Shown here: one piece after another, positions 11,036 to 25,244 of the stretch
Layout: every line of letters starts with the position of its first letter
Position numbering within the stretch: position 1 is the stretch's first letter
Source of the DNA: Callorhinchus milii
Taxonomy: Eukaryota
Assembly: GCF_018977255.1 (NCBI RefSeq)
Contig: NW_024704742.1
Span: forward strand, 33,482,001-33,546,000
DNA length: 64,000 nt
Reading direction: 5' to 3'
The notes under the pieces: generated by a model
The model's input: the letters and a program-made list of their open reading frames with translations, nothing else
What the model was told of the DNA's origin: nothing
Database searches by the model: none
Position numbers and translations under genes: made by a program

Positions 11036-13104
11036 AGTTAATAATGATTAATCTTCAACTACTTCATTCCAGGGCACAACAAGGTAGATCACATAAGAAC
11101 CTGCTTGACTGAGCTCCAACAAAGTCACACAGTCACTACATTTGACAGCATATCCTATGAAGCGCTTTGAGACATCCTCTCAGTCTGAAAGTGTGCTATA
11201 TCAAATGCAAGAAATATACAAAATAAACAATTTTTGCACATATTTTTNAAATGTTTGTGCAAAGGAAGGTAATCCCATATTTGTCATGTTGATTGATGTG
11301 GTACATTAATATTTTAGAGCAATTAAATGTTTTTTGTAATACTCAGTGGAGGAAGAATTGACGGACAGATGAACCTTTCTATCTGATTCAAGCCACACAA
11401 ATAAGGTGACATATTCAATTATCACTTGACAGCTGAGGCGGATTTAGGTAATAACACATTACAGTGTCAGCACAGACATTCAGACATAATCCCAATCCAT
11501 CTCATGGAACTGATTGCCAACGTTTTAAATGTTCCCAAGATGTATCATTATTATTTACTTTTGCTTCAAGTATTTTTCAGTTCCCTAATTGTATGGATTA
11601 ACTGATATGCTTCACAGAATATTTTTTGTCTTCCACAAAGATGTGCAGCACTGCCTTTTTTGTCAGATAAGATCCTGGCATGCACCAAAATCTATTGCTA
11701 TACGGACTAATATGTTTTGGTCAGCTGGGTTCTGCCACATGTGTAGACCAGACCCATCATCACACTAAACAGTATCCAAACTAAACAGAATTCCATGCAT
11801 CCCACATATATGTGGAAATTCCAGAGATGTTTATTGGAATGTGCACCCTCTCCCTCCAACAAATTAGCTTTCACTCCCTTGTGCCTGTTATGTATGAATC
11901 ATTCCAATGAGAAACTGGATTAATCTTACTGCCCGAGATTTGTGTTCATCTGACCTCATTTATTTGTTCTTCAGTTATATTGGTTTTATAATTTACAGCA
12001 TAGATGGTACAAGTGTACTGGATAAAGACAGTAAACCTTACAATGTTCTGTGGATGATCCCTGTGCTAGCTCTGGTGACCAGTTATAATACTGCCTGTTG
12101 TAACAACTCCAGGCAAGTTGTGCATCACAGCTCTTGTCAGTTTTCTTACGTAAGTGTGGTGATGTGCATCCTTCTTCCACAGTGTTTGGTCTGTGTGTTG
12201 CATTTTGATAAGGCCAGTATTGGGGACCAGATTTTGAGAATTCACCTTAATGCAGAAAATACATGACAGCTGTCAGAATGAGCTATTTTCCAAAATGCTT
12301 CAATTTATGTTGGGGAGAGAGGTTTATTTATGCTTCTTCAGTGGGATGTACCAATGGGTTGCATTGATGAGAAAATTCAAGAGTTTGCTGATGCTGGTTC
12401 AAATCCCTTCTCCCTGGATCCCGAGGCTAATTTGCAAAATTTATCAAATGATTTCTACATAGCATGAAAGGCTCTATATAATTATAAATTGTATTGTATA
12501 CATACGGGCATGCTGGGGTGGGTATATCATGTTAAAAGATTCATTTTAATTTTTTCCTTCTTGAAATGTTCTGGCAATTGATGCAAATAAATAAACGTCC
12601 ATTCAAAGCAAGTTAAGGTTTAATCAAGCTCATTCTCGCTGCAGTTATATTCTCGCACGACATTAAATAAAGATTGCGTAACCCTGTGAAGCAGTGAACA
12701 GCAAGGTTTAAGACAGCCTCGAACAGTCCAAAACTCAAATCAGAAACCTTAATAAGCAAAGAAAAAAAACCTTTCCTGTATGCAGCAGTTCTACATACAA
12801 TGCAAAATGACACTACTAAATCTGACTGTTTAGGCACAGTTATATAACCAACTCGTCTTTGTTGTAATTCGAGGAGCTTAATAAATGGAAGTTAAAGATC
12901 TGTAGAAGGTCTTTATTACTGCTCCACCACTGTTACGCTCTCTTGAGACACTGCCCTGTGTGAAGGGTGCTACGCAAATACAAGTTATATTAGCAAATGT
13001 TGTACTAATTATAACTCTTTATTAAAAAAATGATAAGCAGCATTGCCCAACGTAATTTAACGCCCTAGTAACAACTATTATTCTGCCAATCAACTTAACA
13101 TTGT

Positions 13105-13220
13105 TTGTGGGCAAGGTATTGGAATCCATAATAATAGTTATCGGGAATAGCAGAATATAATTAAGAGCAGCCAGCACAGATTTACAAAAGGAAGATCATG
13201 CTTGACCAACCTTATCAATC
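13105..13220 (+). mobile_element. CR1 RT fragment
   Basis: AGCCAGCACAGATTTACAAAAGGAAGATCATGCTTGACCAACCTTATC = SQHRFTKGRSCLTNLI. Confidence 0.7.
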
Positions 13221-16200
13221 TTATATCTTCAATAAACTAAAAATAACCATCTCTATATTTGATATAATACCTTTCATGTCAGGAGGACTCCTCAAACCTC
13301 AGTCATACTGTAAAATGTAGTCACAGTTTGTTTTGTTTGTAGAAGGTTTCAGAGAAACTACAGAAGTTTATCTCAGCTAAACAGATTCAGGGTAAATTGC
13401 CTCAAAGGAAATTGCACCGAAGGAACCTTTTGGGGGAAATTGGGTGGGTTGGCTATAGAGGGCCAAGGACTATTCCTGCCTGAAATTGTTACTATGTTAC
13501 TTGTAAGAATAAATCCTGCCAGGATGCAACGTTCTTGATTAAACTAAATATGAACATGTAGATCATCAGCACAAAATATTCAGCTCCATGAAATTGCTTT
13601 ATATTAAACTAACACACGTCAGAAAACTGGCTGCAAAATTCAAGCACATCAACATGGAGTTCCCTTATACACTGCCTTGTAAGCAGATTGAGTTATCATA
13701 TTTCCAGTTTTATAAGCAAAGTGTAAAGTTCCACATATTGAGGACTGCTTTGGTATTTCTACCCAGGAAAGTGAGATGCTTTGATAGACTGCTGGCTCAA
13801 GTTTGGCCAAACATTGAAGGCTCCCTCGGCTTGTTTCAAATATTTAATGCGATGATTGCTTGAAACTACTGCCTGACTTGTTTTTGGTTAGTGATATTTA
13901 CAGCCTATGATGTAGCACATTACAAATAATAATGTGCACAAGCATATTCTGTAGTTGACAGGCACTACATTCTATTGTGAACCTGTGGAGCGTTATAACT
14001 TAGAATGTTGTTGACTATCTGAGCTCCTTAGATAACTTTATCGCAAAAGCTAACAAAACTTTCGGATGCACAAAGACAGTAGAACAAGAGGACATAGGTT
14101 TAGAGTTGTAAAGTTGTAAAGCAATTTCATGACAGGTTCTAGGAAGTTTTTTTTAAAACCCATTTGGTAATTAATGACTGGAACATGTTGCCAAAGTGGT
14201 TGAGGCAGGACACTGGACTCATTTAAAAAAGGGCAGTAGGCTGGATATTCCAGAGGCATGAAATCAGATGGGCCGAAAGAGGTTCAGCCCATTTTATCTC
14301 ATTCTTCCAGAGTATCAACCCTACAGCCTTCCCATTACAGCATTTAACTGAGTTAAACAAGGAGTTCAATTGAATTGACACCATTGAACAGTTTTCTCTC
14401 ATCTCAATCTTTGAAGTTGGTTAACTTTATGGTTTATTATACTGAACTGCACTGTTCAGTCCATTCTACTGCTGCCTAAATTCAAATCAGAATGGAAAGT
14501 ATTTCATGAGTCAGTCAGAGTTTTCAATTTGGTCTCTTGGGAGTAAATTTCACTGTAAATGCTCCAATCCAGGGTCTGCTTGCAACCTAGGCTCAATTTG
14601 TCACCATCATCAAATCATTAACAGAGGCTCAACATCTCGGACTTTCAACCTTAAGACGATTGTTTCCAAATTTAAGACTGTAGAATTTTGGAGTTGTCTT
14701 AAATTCAGTTTTCATTCGGAAGCCTGCTTTTCTGTAGGTCTTTTAAAAAAAAGTTAACAAAGGTAAAAAAGTTAATTGAAAACTGTTGGTGGGTTGGAGG
14801 AGGGGAGCTGGAGACAAACACCGCTTCCAAATTAACACTCAGTGGAAGAATTCTTACAAAATTCTGCATGTTCTTATATTTTAAGACAAAGGTGTATTAA
14901 GATTAAGTGTTAGTCTTTGTATTAAAAAACATGTTTCTACATAGTTGCGCGGTTATGTCACAGGCTTCCACTGTACAGCGCAGTGGTGATGTGATCCTGC
15001 TTAACTGACAAAGAATGCAGTTTGACTGAGTAATTTTTGTTTAGGTTATTTCCAGTTTCTCAGCTCTGGCTGGATTTGCAGTACTTCTCAAAAGATTAAT
15101 GCAGAAGGAATCACAACAGCACGATGATGAATCAACAGGGAAGATGGCCAGAAAATACATTATATAAGATCAATGTTATGAATTATTACTGCTAATATTG
15201 ACATGTCCTCATTACATATTATATTTCCCATTCTCAGTTGGTAAAGCAATACATCATACAATTATAATATTTTATCAATATTGATTACTGATAAAATCAT
15301 ATCAAAATCACTTGAGTATTTAAAATTTTTAATTGAGCTGCAAAGAAATTTAGCAACTAATTTTGATCCTTTAGTAAATTTATTTTTCTACGTATTTATT
15401 CAAAAAGCTAAAAGTCAGATAGAACATTAGGCACAATAGAGAAATTAATGTTCAGCATGTAGATGTATTATGATAGAGTATCAAGATGCTTTGCAAAACA
15501 CCAGTACAAAGTTGGTTCATGTTGAGTTAACAATTTCAGTCACATGGGGAGTTTTCAATAACAACAGTGTGCATTTATAAAGCATCTTTCGCATTGGCAG
15601 GTGGCAGAGGACAATGACTGGATTTCCAGTACCACTCAAAGGATAAATCTGGAAGGAATCGGAGCAGCAACAGAATTGCTTGAAATCAATAAGGGCAAGA
15701 ACAAAAAAATCACTAGGGTGGTTTGGGTGAAGGGGAACCTTCGACCCATTTCATCTCATTTGCAAGATGACACAGCAAAGACATGGGGAAGGGAAAAGAA
15801 AGAAATTTAGCCTCGGTCTATATTTACTCTCCTGACTTTGCATTTTAGAGTGTTCAGATGTTACCCAATTCTTAGACGACATGAAACGTTGCATCAATAA
15901 ATCTAGACCCAAGTGAAATTCATCCACTAATACATTCATTACATTTACTGGAAATCCAGTGAAGTGCTTTGAGATGTTTCGATTAAAATGTGATAAGGCT
16001 CTCCAGGACAACAGGCTCTTCCTCCCCCTCCTGGCTAGGTAATGTAGTGCAGCACTGAGGGGAGAGGCTTTTAAATAAATGTTGCTGCTTATGTTCAGGG
16101 ACTTTTTAAACTTAAAGTCACTGAACAAATTAATTTCCCTGTAGATTGTCTGCCATGTAGATTGGAGCAGTCTTTCCTTCTCTCATCATTACAAGCAGTC

Positions 16201-16309
16201 ATGGTAACCAGGTATACGTCAAACAGCTGGGAACCAATAGCAGAGGGGAGAGCGAGCTCCAGCCTTGAAATGCATAACAGTTGGTTGTAAATATAAAACA
16301 TAATGTTGT

Positions 16310-16550
16310 AACAACAACTTGCATTTATATAGCGCCCTCCACGCAGGTTCAGAGCGCGGAGCTCGACTACGAGCCAGGGGGAGGTGGCTATAAGCACGGT
16401 CAAAAAGGAAAGTTTTCAGGCGGGACTTGAAAGAGGAGAGAGAGGGGGCAAGGCTAAGGGATTGAGGGAAGAGTGTTCCAGAGCTTCGGGGCATAGTGGC
16501 TAAAAGCGCGACCTCCAATGTGGAGCGGAGGGCGCAAGGGACAAACAGGA
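16310..16550 (-). mobile_element. L2 subfamily B 3' end
   Basis: Translates ...[22 protein letters not shown]; (AAC)n tail. Confidence 0.88.
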
Positions 16551-18477
16551 TATGTTACAACATGTATTTGAAGGAGAGACAGTACTGGGGTATGCAAAAC
16601 TGAATTAGAAAGATGCAGATACGATTTGCAGCACTTAAAGAAAGAACTGTTTTACATCTTGCCTCCTGATAACAAACAGAACCATTTCAGTATTGAAAGT
16701 AATATCCAACTTCCCAAACATGAACCTTTTATACTCATGAAACATTTAGGGTTAGAAATCCCAAGTGGATCTAGGTTCATTCGATTCAATTAGCATTTCA
16801 AAGCATTAGGAATTGACCCAATTCTTAAATGTATTCTTCACTTTGAATGCTGGTTTCCTGTAAGCTCTTTTAAGAACTACTGAAACCCGGCTTCAAAGTT
16901 GAGGTGAATTCAACAATTTACCAAATTCTGGAATCTTTGAAAAGCTAAGAAAATCGAGACCCAAAGAAATTCACAGCATAGAAGGCAATGATTCGGATCC
17001 TCATGGCTGTGTTGGCTCTTTGAAAGTGATATCCATTCAGTCCCAGGCCTCTGTAAATTATTCCTTTATTAAGATATAAAATTCTACCCAGCTGGAATTT
17101 CTCTTTAATTGTGTTACTATTGAAGAATGGAACTGGGGAAATTAGAAGATATCAAGAGCAATATTAAAAACAAGTGTAAATATTCGTATACTGAGTGCTG
17201 TTTTGTTACTCCTGTTCCTCAATGCAAGATGCTGTGAAACACAATTTTAATTCACTGTATTTTGGGAATAAACGAGTGGTTGGTGGGAAGGCAGAGACTT
17301 TGTATTACTTGGATTTGGTGCTGAGGTACTGCTGTTATTGCAGTTATTAAGCCATCTCCCACGAGCCTCCAGAGAGCCATCGTCTCCTCCAGTGCTGTGC
17401 TCTGCGTGGAATTTCAGTTTTGCATGGTTGCGCTGATTGCTCACCACTGCTGCGCTGTTTCTCACACAGGCAATGGTCGACCCGCAGAGCAGAGTCCTTG
17501 AAATCACCCAAAACAATGATTTTTAATAGATTTTTACCCGAAATGGGGGTAATTAACCGGCTGAAACAAGTTATCAGGATGGATGGTGGCAACAGAGGTT
17601 CAATCTAAAAACACAGCTCGAGCCTGAAATGACGGAATAATAGGATGTGTATTCTTGATGGTTAAGATTAAATGGGTTGAAACATCTTCTTCCTCCAATC
17701 TATCTTGAAATCTTGTGAAGAATCATCCAGTAATCAAATAATGGGTTTGTGAATGAAACTGTCTATTGAACTCAGACCAGCACAGGCGACAGATAAAAAT
17801 ATTCAGCATGGTGGGGTGGGCTGAATAAAACTCAGTTAAGAGGTCAGTCCCCTTTAAGACAGGTGAGCCATTGGCTTGCCTGACAGGTCCATCTGACAAT
17901 CAGAGGTGGAGGACATCCTGGTGAGCAGCCCACCCGGTCTGGAAATGGACAAGAGTCGCCAACAAGATGGGAGAGGGGCAAGAGCGCTGGCTGTGGGTGG
18001 GGGGGGGAAGAGAGATGGGCTGAACCCTCTCTAGCCTTAGCCACCATCTCCTATGAGTGTTATTAAACTATCCAGTCTGATTTACAGATGTAGGACTGTT
18101 CTTTATGGGAGCTGGATCAGAATACTGTATATGGCAATAATGCTTTTGCTTCTTGCAAGATATTTTATGGTTATACAGTCATTGCTGTTATCATCCAATT
18201 TCCAATATTAAAATTTGCAGTGGTTACGAAACTGCTGACTTTAGGATTCTCTACAAACACTTCATATTACAGTGGATTCAGCACTTTTCCCATTTGTCTG
18301 TCTTGTTGCTGATCGATGTACAATTATCAAAAAAGTCAGTCAGCTATGTGATTCAACAATCAGTATCTGGTCTATTACTCTATTAAAGTGAAATGAATGT
18401 CAAATAGAAAAATATTTTACATGAGCTGAAACAAACATATAATGAACATTATTAGAGACCCATTTTATAACAATAGC

Positions 18478-18912
18478 AATTGATATAGCTCCTTATCATA
18501 CCTTTGAGATATCTCAAAGAACTTCACAGGAGTTACTGTAAAGTGGATTGATTGACGGTATTTTGTGGGTGAAACACAAAGCTAGTTGTCCACATTAATG
18601 TCCCACAAACAGCCGTGGAGTGAATGCCTAATTTTATTTGGCGAATTGGTGGCCGGGACACTGTGAGAAACTCTTCTCTTTTCGAAAGGTGCCATGGGAT
18701 CTTTAACATCCACCTCAACAGGCAGATAGGATCTCGGTTTATCATCTCATCTGAAGGACAGTACCTCCAACATTGCAACACATCCCAGCACCCCAGCACT
18801 GCATTGAAGTGTCACCTTAAACTGTGTGATTCCAAGAACCAAAGTGGGGCTTGAACCCACAATGTTCCAAATCAGAGACAAGAGAACTCAAGTGACTGCA
18901 CCAAGCTAACAC
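18478..18912 (-). mobile_element. Family B (Deu-like) SINE, near full length
   Basis: Same core as 8706-8964, plus the 3' body and tail shared with family A. Confidence 0.8.
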
Positions 18913-19199
18913 ACAATACACAAAGTCAAAACCTTTTATTTTGAGACTAGACAGATATTGGATTCCTAACTAATCTTCACAGAATAACGTACGTTATCAA
19001 TAGTGTGTTTGGTGCATTTTGTTTTCAACGTGTTTTCAACATAACCCAGTATCCTATTGGGAACTTGTGGAAACCAATACTTTTGCAAGTTGCCCAGGGT
19101 CAAAATTACAGGATTTCAACTCTGGATCCACAAATATGGACCATCCTAACCTACATGAACATCAGGCGACTGCAGGTCAGCAAAAACGAAAGATTGAGA

Positions 19200-19270
19200 A
19201 AAGTTTACAGTATTTCATAATCCATTCCTTGTGATAACTATCACAGATGTTATGAAATACTGTAAATTTT
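19200..19270. repeat. Inverted repeat / hairpin
   Basis: 21-bp arms with 20 matches, plus an inner TGTGATA/TATCACA stem. Confidence 0.85.
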
Positions 19271-20580
19271 ACGCCGTAAATTACTCGATACACCTCCCAA
19301 TTGAATATTCTTAACACTGTGATTTGATTTGCAAATTATCCATTTTAAATATAATTTAATGATCAGAGTTATAATTAAATCTAATGGTGTGAATGCAAAA
19401 CTGAAATTACTGTCAATGAATTGAAAGTCAAGTGCCTGTAAATGCTGCAGTATCATTTCACATTGAGATGCAAGTATGTTTTCATTGGGCTTTGTAGCAA
19501 GGTGCGCTGTTAAGTCAACAGTTCTGCTACGATTGTACTTGCATTTAGACATCTGAAAGCCAGCTGAATTCTGCGGGCATTACCTATATCAGTCTATACG
19601 TGAAGAATATTTTTTGGAACAACAGTGCACTGAAAGTCTCAGATAATGGAGTCACAGTAAACAGCAGAGATACAAAAGGCACTAACCAATATCAAGAAGC
19701 GATCCATTGCCATATGTCCCCTACGCTTCCAATTGAGAGCACATATTCAAAGAGACATTTTGTGCCTTGCCCAAGGGGAAGGGGGAAATTATTTGCATAT
19801 TTTCTTCATTTAAACCAAGGAATAATTGGTTTGACCAAAGAAGCAATTAAACACATCTTGCCTTCTAAATATCCATTAAAAGAAACCCTTCTGCAAAGCA
19901 CAAATAATACAAATACTCCTGAGAATTACTCTGGGTATTATCCACTGAGGGATTAATAGATAACATTTTGTCTGCTAGATTATTAATGTGCTACAGAAAT
20001 TGTTGAAGTAAACTATTGTAGGCATGTATGTAGAGGGCTATCCAGTGTTAAGTGATACCATCAAATTCAATGCCTGCATTTTGTAGAATATTAATCCAGT
20101 CAAAATGGAGGAAATTACAATGAAAATTCAACTCATATTCACCACACCAGGGATATATTGGAAGTATGAGGTGAGTTTGATCATTCTGCCCCATCTTTAG
20201 TGCATCTCTTTTCATGCCACTCCTGCTTAATCAATTCTCGGGTATGGTCGGACAACAAAATCATTTTCTTGATTGAATATTTCTTGATTTAAGTAAAGGG
20301 AGGGCAAGTTCCCCCAAAGTGCTGGCCAACAATCTTCCAGATAAAGATTGATCATTCACTTCATGGCTGTGTGTGACACATTTGTGTCCACAAATTAACC
20401 GCTTACGAAATCCACAATCAGTACACTTTACTGTAAATCCTGTGAAGCGCTTCAAGACATCATCCCCATGTTAAAGGAGCTGTATCAAATGCAAATATTA
20501 TTATTTAATAAATAAATGGTTTACTTCTTTATTATAATATGTTATTTATACATTTAGATTATTTTAATGAAGATGAAACA

Positions 20581-20689
20581 ATGGCATCTGACTGGCACTT
20601 TAATGGATCCAACGAATAGGATTCGTGCTGGGCACTAACAAGCTATCATCCTTTCTGTCAGATCCACTAAAGTGCCAGTCAGATGCCAT
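20581..20689. repeat. Long inverted repeat / hairpin
   Basis: ATGGCATCTGACTGGCACTTTAATGGATC pairs with GATCCACTAAAGTGCCAGTCAGATGCCAT (28/29), with further imperfect pairing inward. Confidence 0.9.
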
Positions 20690-21147
20690 CTTCTCTGATA
20701 TGCATCAGGAAAGTGGCAGAGAGCCATTACTGCAGGCATAAGCCCAGGAGCAAGGGACTGCAGCTGTACTGCATTACTGAAGAGGAGGAAACGCCACAGA
20801 GTGGGGAAGAGAACAGAAGCATTGGCTTATAAAGAGGGGCTGGCATAGATTTCAGGTTAAACCAAACCAGAAGAAATCTCTCATCTCATCAGAAATTTTA
20901 GGCCAGTTGGAAAGAATAGTCTGATAGTGTGCTAGCGACACACGCAGTCTGCTCGGTTTCTCTTAGCTGTACGTGTCGCTGTACAGCAGTGCCTGGCTTC
21001 TCCTGAAACCAGCCAGAAATGAGTACCCAGATGATAAATATAATAAAATGTTACTTTCGCTGCATGGCTTGGCCTTAATTACCCACCTCAAAGGAGAAAC
21101 AAAATAATCAGGTATTGATCCAACGATCTTTGCCTTTTCATTGGCAG

Positions 21148-21228
21148 GAAAGATCAGAGCTTCTTACAGCTTTGGCACTAGATTTCGAGAATGCCGTACA
21201 ATGTTTCCCAAGTAATTGGGAAGAAATG
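21148..21228 (+). CDS. Candidate 81-nt exon (weak)
   Basis: ctttgccttttcattggcAG|GAAAG...GAAATG|GTAAGT; one open frame, ERSELLTALALDFENAVQCFPSNWEEM. No homolog recognised. Confidence 0.2.
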
Positions 21229-21524
21229 GTAAGTAAAGAAAAAAAAACATAGCGACTTCTTATGTTGTAACGTTAAAAAGTGCTTCACAGGCAATTAATG
21301 CAATATCAAGAAAGTGATTATATTTGCAGCCTCAAATATTTGCAATAACAAAAATCACACAAACAGCCAAAAGTGAAAGAGCAATATACACTCCTGAAGC
21401 TGAATGTGATTAGTACTGAAACAGTCCATTAACCACCTCCATTCCAGTTTGTTTAATTTGCTCTTTTCTCTCAGTATTTAACAAACTTGTTGAAATGTCA
21501 TACATTTTTTCAACTGTATCTCAC

Positions 21525-21912
21525 TTGCACAATAATTTGGTATAGCGCCTTTCAAGTCAGGAGGATGTCTCAAAGGATTTACTGAAATGGACTAATTATG
21601 TATTTGTAAGGAAATGCGCCAATCCACTTGCACACAGCAGAGTCCCACAAATAGCCATAAAACAAATGAACAATTTTATTTTGGAGATTGTAGGCCAGGA
21701 CACCGGGAGAAATTCCCTTCTCCTTTCAAACAATGCCATGGTATCTTTATCGTCCAGCTGAACAGGCAGACGGAACTGCAGTTTAACCCCTAGTACTAGT
21801 ACCCTAGTATACATTGGAGTTCAGCTTAGACTACGTGATTCCAAGTCCCGACATGGGGCTTGAACTCACAACCTTCTGACTAAGAGGCAAGAGTGCTACC
21901 AAGCTGATACAC
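21525..21912 (-). mobile_element. Family B (Deu-like) SINE
   Basis: Core GGCCAGGACACCGGGAGAAATTCCC...GAACAGGCAGACGG; head, body and tail present. Confidence 0.8.
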
Positions 21913-23287
21913 AACAGGTTGCAAATAGTTACATGGAGTGATACAGCACAGAAACAGGCCATTTGACCCAACTTTCATTCCATCTATACAGTGTCACCCT
22001 TCACAGGCATTTTACGATCTGTTGGTAGCATATCCACTGCCTCTTTTGCTTCTAATATTTTTCTTTATTTGGTCTGTGCTGACTTGCCTTCACCAATCTT
22101 CTGAAGTGGCTTCCATTTCAAGGCTGACAGAATCGCAAACAAAACATCAATCTGCCCTTTTCTCTCCAACATTCCTTGTACTCATGTGCACTCCCATATC
22201 TTCCAATATAATTCCTATTTCATACATCTCAGTGCAAGGCCCAGCCCCATGACATCCATGGAGACCAGTAAACTGGAAGGGTTATATCAATTCTTTCCAA
22301 CAATAAATAAATTATGAGCATTAAGTGTACAAGTAAATCTTTTATGACATCCTGTCTTTGGCAGTGGGCTTGTTCTTGAAATGGTCATCAGAAAAACTGC
22401 AGGCTTTTCTTTGTTAAGTGCACCGAGATGTGAAGGGCACTATATAAAATGTAAGTTGCTTTTGTTATTCTAGTATTTTTTCAAAAACAGTAAAACTTCT
22501 ATTCACATCATAGCATCACAGTGATTATCTTATGTGCCCCTCCATATTCAAATCCATTTCTTCTCCTAAAATCAGTTGTATATTCAATCAGCTGCTATGA
22601 TTTATTTAATCATCTTCATCTTTCACTCTCACCTTGAACTGATTTTCAACAATTCACAGATTCCTCTCTCTCTCCCCCCACTCTCTTTCTATCTACCTAT
22701 TCAATTGCATTGTGTGGTTCAAACTATTTTCAGCCTTTCAGCAGCTGGTAAAATGGATGCATAGACAATGGCTGCTTTACCATGTTGGAGCTCCCGCAGG
22801 ACACCTATCAGCAGGGCCCAGCAAGTCAGACGGGTTGGTTGACGACAGTTGCAATATAGCTACACTGTCTTCATCTTTTCATTTGCATTTTGTTTATTGC
22901 TGGAAGGAACAAAAGTAGCTATAAATCTGCAGCGCCTACTAAAAACTCTGCCCTACGTGTTTCTACCAAAGCTGCCACTCTTTTGCGTTCTGTGCATAAC
23001 AGCTATGACATGTAATTTATTTATCTTGTAACAAAGCAGCAGGCATGCTGCTCCAGTGGAGATACCATCCACTGCCCACGGTTACTTTCAACCTAAAAGG
23101 CTACCTCAGAATGTGAAGCCAGCTCTGTGACCATCAACCTATTCAGACATCGTCTTTAAATGGTACAGCTCAGAATCAGGTCATTCAGTCCATCCAGTAT
23201 TTATACTCCACACAGGTGCCTCTCCTAAATCCCATCCCCATTCCCATATCTCAGTTTTTTCCTACTTATTCCGAGGTAAACAAAGGC

Positions 23288-23380
23288 GTGTGGAGTAAGG
23301 AAACTTGCCTAAGTTTTCGCTCCGCCCGGGAATCAAAAACAGGTTGTCTCGCTTGCAAGGCGAATACCCTACAGGACTCC
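23288..23380 (-). mobile_element. Family A SINE 5' head fragment
   Basis: Reverse complement of the head: GGAGTAAGGAAACTTGCC...CTACAGGACTCC. Confidence 0.8.
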
Positions 23381-24134
23381 TATTTATGCTACTTCAAAAC
23401 TAGTCTTTGTGATCACTGGGGCAATGAATGGGAAATACAGGTAAAACAGTGATAATGATCCAAACAATCCCTTTCATAATATAATCACAAGTAAAACTTA
23501 TTCTGTGTTGTAGCTGATCTCAGGCAGCACACCACTGGCACGGTGACAACTATAATTGGCTTGAATACGTCCTAATTAGAGGGAAAAATCAACCACAGTT
23601 GTCACTTCTTAATGCAATCCAGCCCTCTTGCTGCAAAGTGCATGTATGTGGATGTTGGTCTCGACTGCGATGCTTCCCCACAGTTGAATAACAACAAACA
23701 CACACTGTCCAGGCTCACACATTATGAATGGCCACTGAGCAATTCTGAAATACCTCATTCTGTCTAAGCAGTGGAAGATTCCAAAGCTGCACATTTTTTC
23801 CCCCAATAAATTCAATGCAATTTGTATGCTCACACTGAAGAGAAAGGGAGGAACGGCAGCAGTGATTTTTATTTATATGAGCCGCACGGGGGAGCAATTT
23901 CCCTGTAGAATGTCCCCAAGCTGCTTAATTCAGTTTGTACTCAAATAAAAACGTTTGAAAGCTCTGCTGTAATGCGGCAGATAATAACTCTCTTATTGGA
24001 CTAAATTTCCTTCCCCTAAGACATAACATGTTAACATTCTGTTAATCTGATGTGAATTTGCTTCAAACAGAACATGTTATGCTCTCCTTTACAAACACAT
24101 GCCACTGGGTATCAAGAGTAAGACGTTGACATGG

Positions 24135-24815
24135 ACTTTAGGAATTGGCTGGAGGGAAGGAAGCAGAGGGTAATCAAAATGGAAGTGGGTTGAAATGAGG
24201 GAGGTATTAAGTGGGGTGGCTCAGAAGGGATGTTGTGGGACCAATGCTCTTCCTTCGACCATGCCTATGCCTTTTAAACCATAGGTTTCTCCCTTCTCCT
24301 TTGCTCGGTGCCCAACACCACCACTATACAGCCCTCTGAGAGGCATGAAGGGCGCCTTATAAATGCAAGTTATTTTTGTGTTCATTAATGATCTGGATTT
24401 CCAGACTCAATGCAAGGCAGTTACATTTACAGGCAACGCCAAGTTAAGGGGAACTGTCAAATCAGAGGAGGCAGCCAAGTCTTACAAAGAGCGCTGGCTA
24501 GGGTATGCATGTGAACTGATAACTGGTAAATCCCATTCAATAGCGATGAATACAGGTACCAAACATATGGAGTAAGAACAGAAACACATGTACTCTATGG
24601 ACAGGACAGAACTTGCCAAGGAGGAAGCTAAAAGAGACCCAACGGCGTTAGTTGATTTATTGTTCACTATGTCAAAATAGCCATTCAACAATAAACAAGG
24701 ACAAAACAAGATGCTGGACTAAATTGCCAAGTCAATTGATTTGAAATCCCTAGAAGGTCATACTCAAGATGTACAGTGCTCTGGTCAGCCTTCACCTGCA
24801 GTCCTGGCCACTGTG
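24135..24815 (+). mobile_element. Degenerate CR1-type LINE RT fragments, interrupted by an L2 tail (~24250-24372)
   Basis: GGAATTGGCTGGAGGGAAGGAAGCAGAGGGT (NWL.GRKQRV), FINDLD, and TACAGTGCTCTGGTCAGCC are typical CR1 ORF2 segments. Confidence 0.65.
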
Positions 24816-25097
24816 ATATAACAAACTCGATATGTTATTGAATCGGTTATGAAACATTGCTTTTTTCACCCATATGGGTGATTATGGTGCAGAACACTCA
24901 AGGCAGAAACACCAACTCCCGTGGTTATACTGGAACCAACACAGAACAACAATATGAAACCAGTTATCCAGCAGGTTGCTCAGCTTTATGCGATTGTAAA
25001 GCTCCATACAAGGTATATCCTTTACCTACCCTTACCACCCTAAACTTGTGCCCTGTTCTTCTGCTGCTTTGGCATTTCTGAAAGTATTCTGAATGTT

Positions 25098-25192
25098 CAG
25101 ACAAAAGTTATCGATCTGAAATGATAACTCACTTTCCTCTCTCCATGCTGCCTGACCTGCTGAGTGTTGCCAGTGCTTTTTTATTTATTTGT
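25098..25192 (+). mobile_element. Possible Penelope-like terminal repeat fragment
   Basis: ATGCTGCCTGACCTGCTGAGTGTTGCCAGTGCTTTT resembles an abundant chondrichthyan repeat end (from recall). Confidence 0.45.
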
Positions 25193-25244
25193 AAAAGTAT
25201 TGTTTTGTGGAAATTCAGCACCAACATCTAAGTAGAAAAAGGGA

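Noticed and set aside
11233..11263. Single N at 11248 inside a short TTTGCACA...TGTGCAAA palindrome
   Set aside because: Ambiguous base or assembly artefact; the 8-bp AT-rich arms are not significant.
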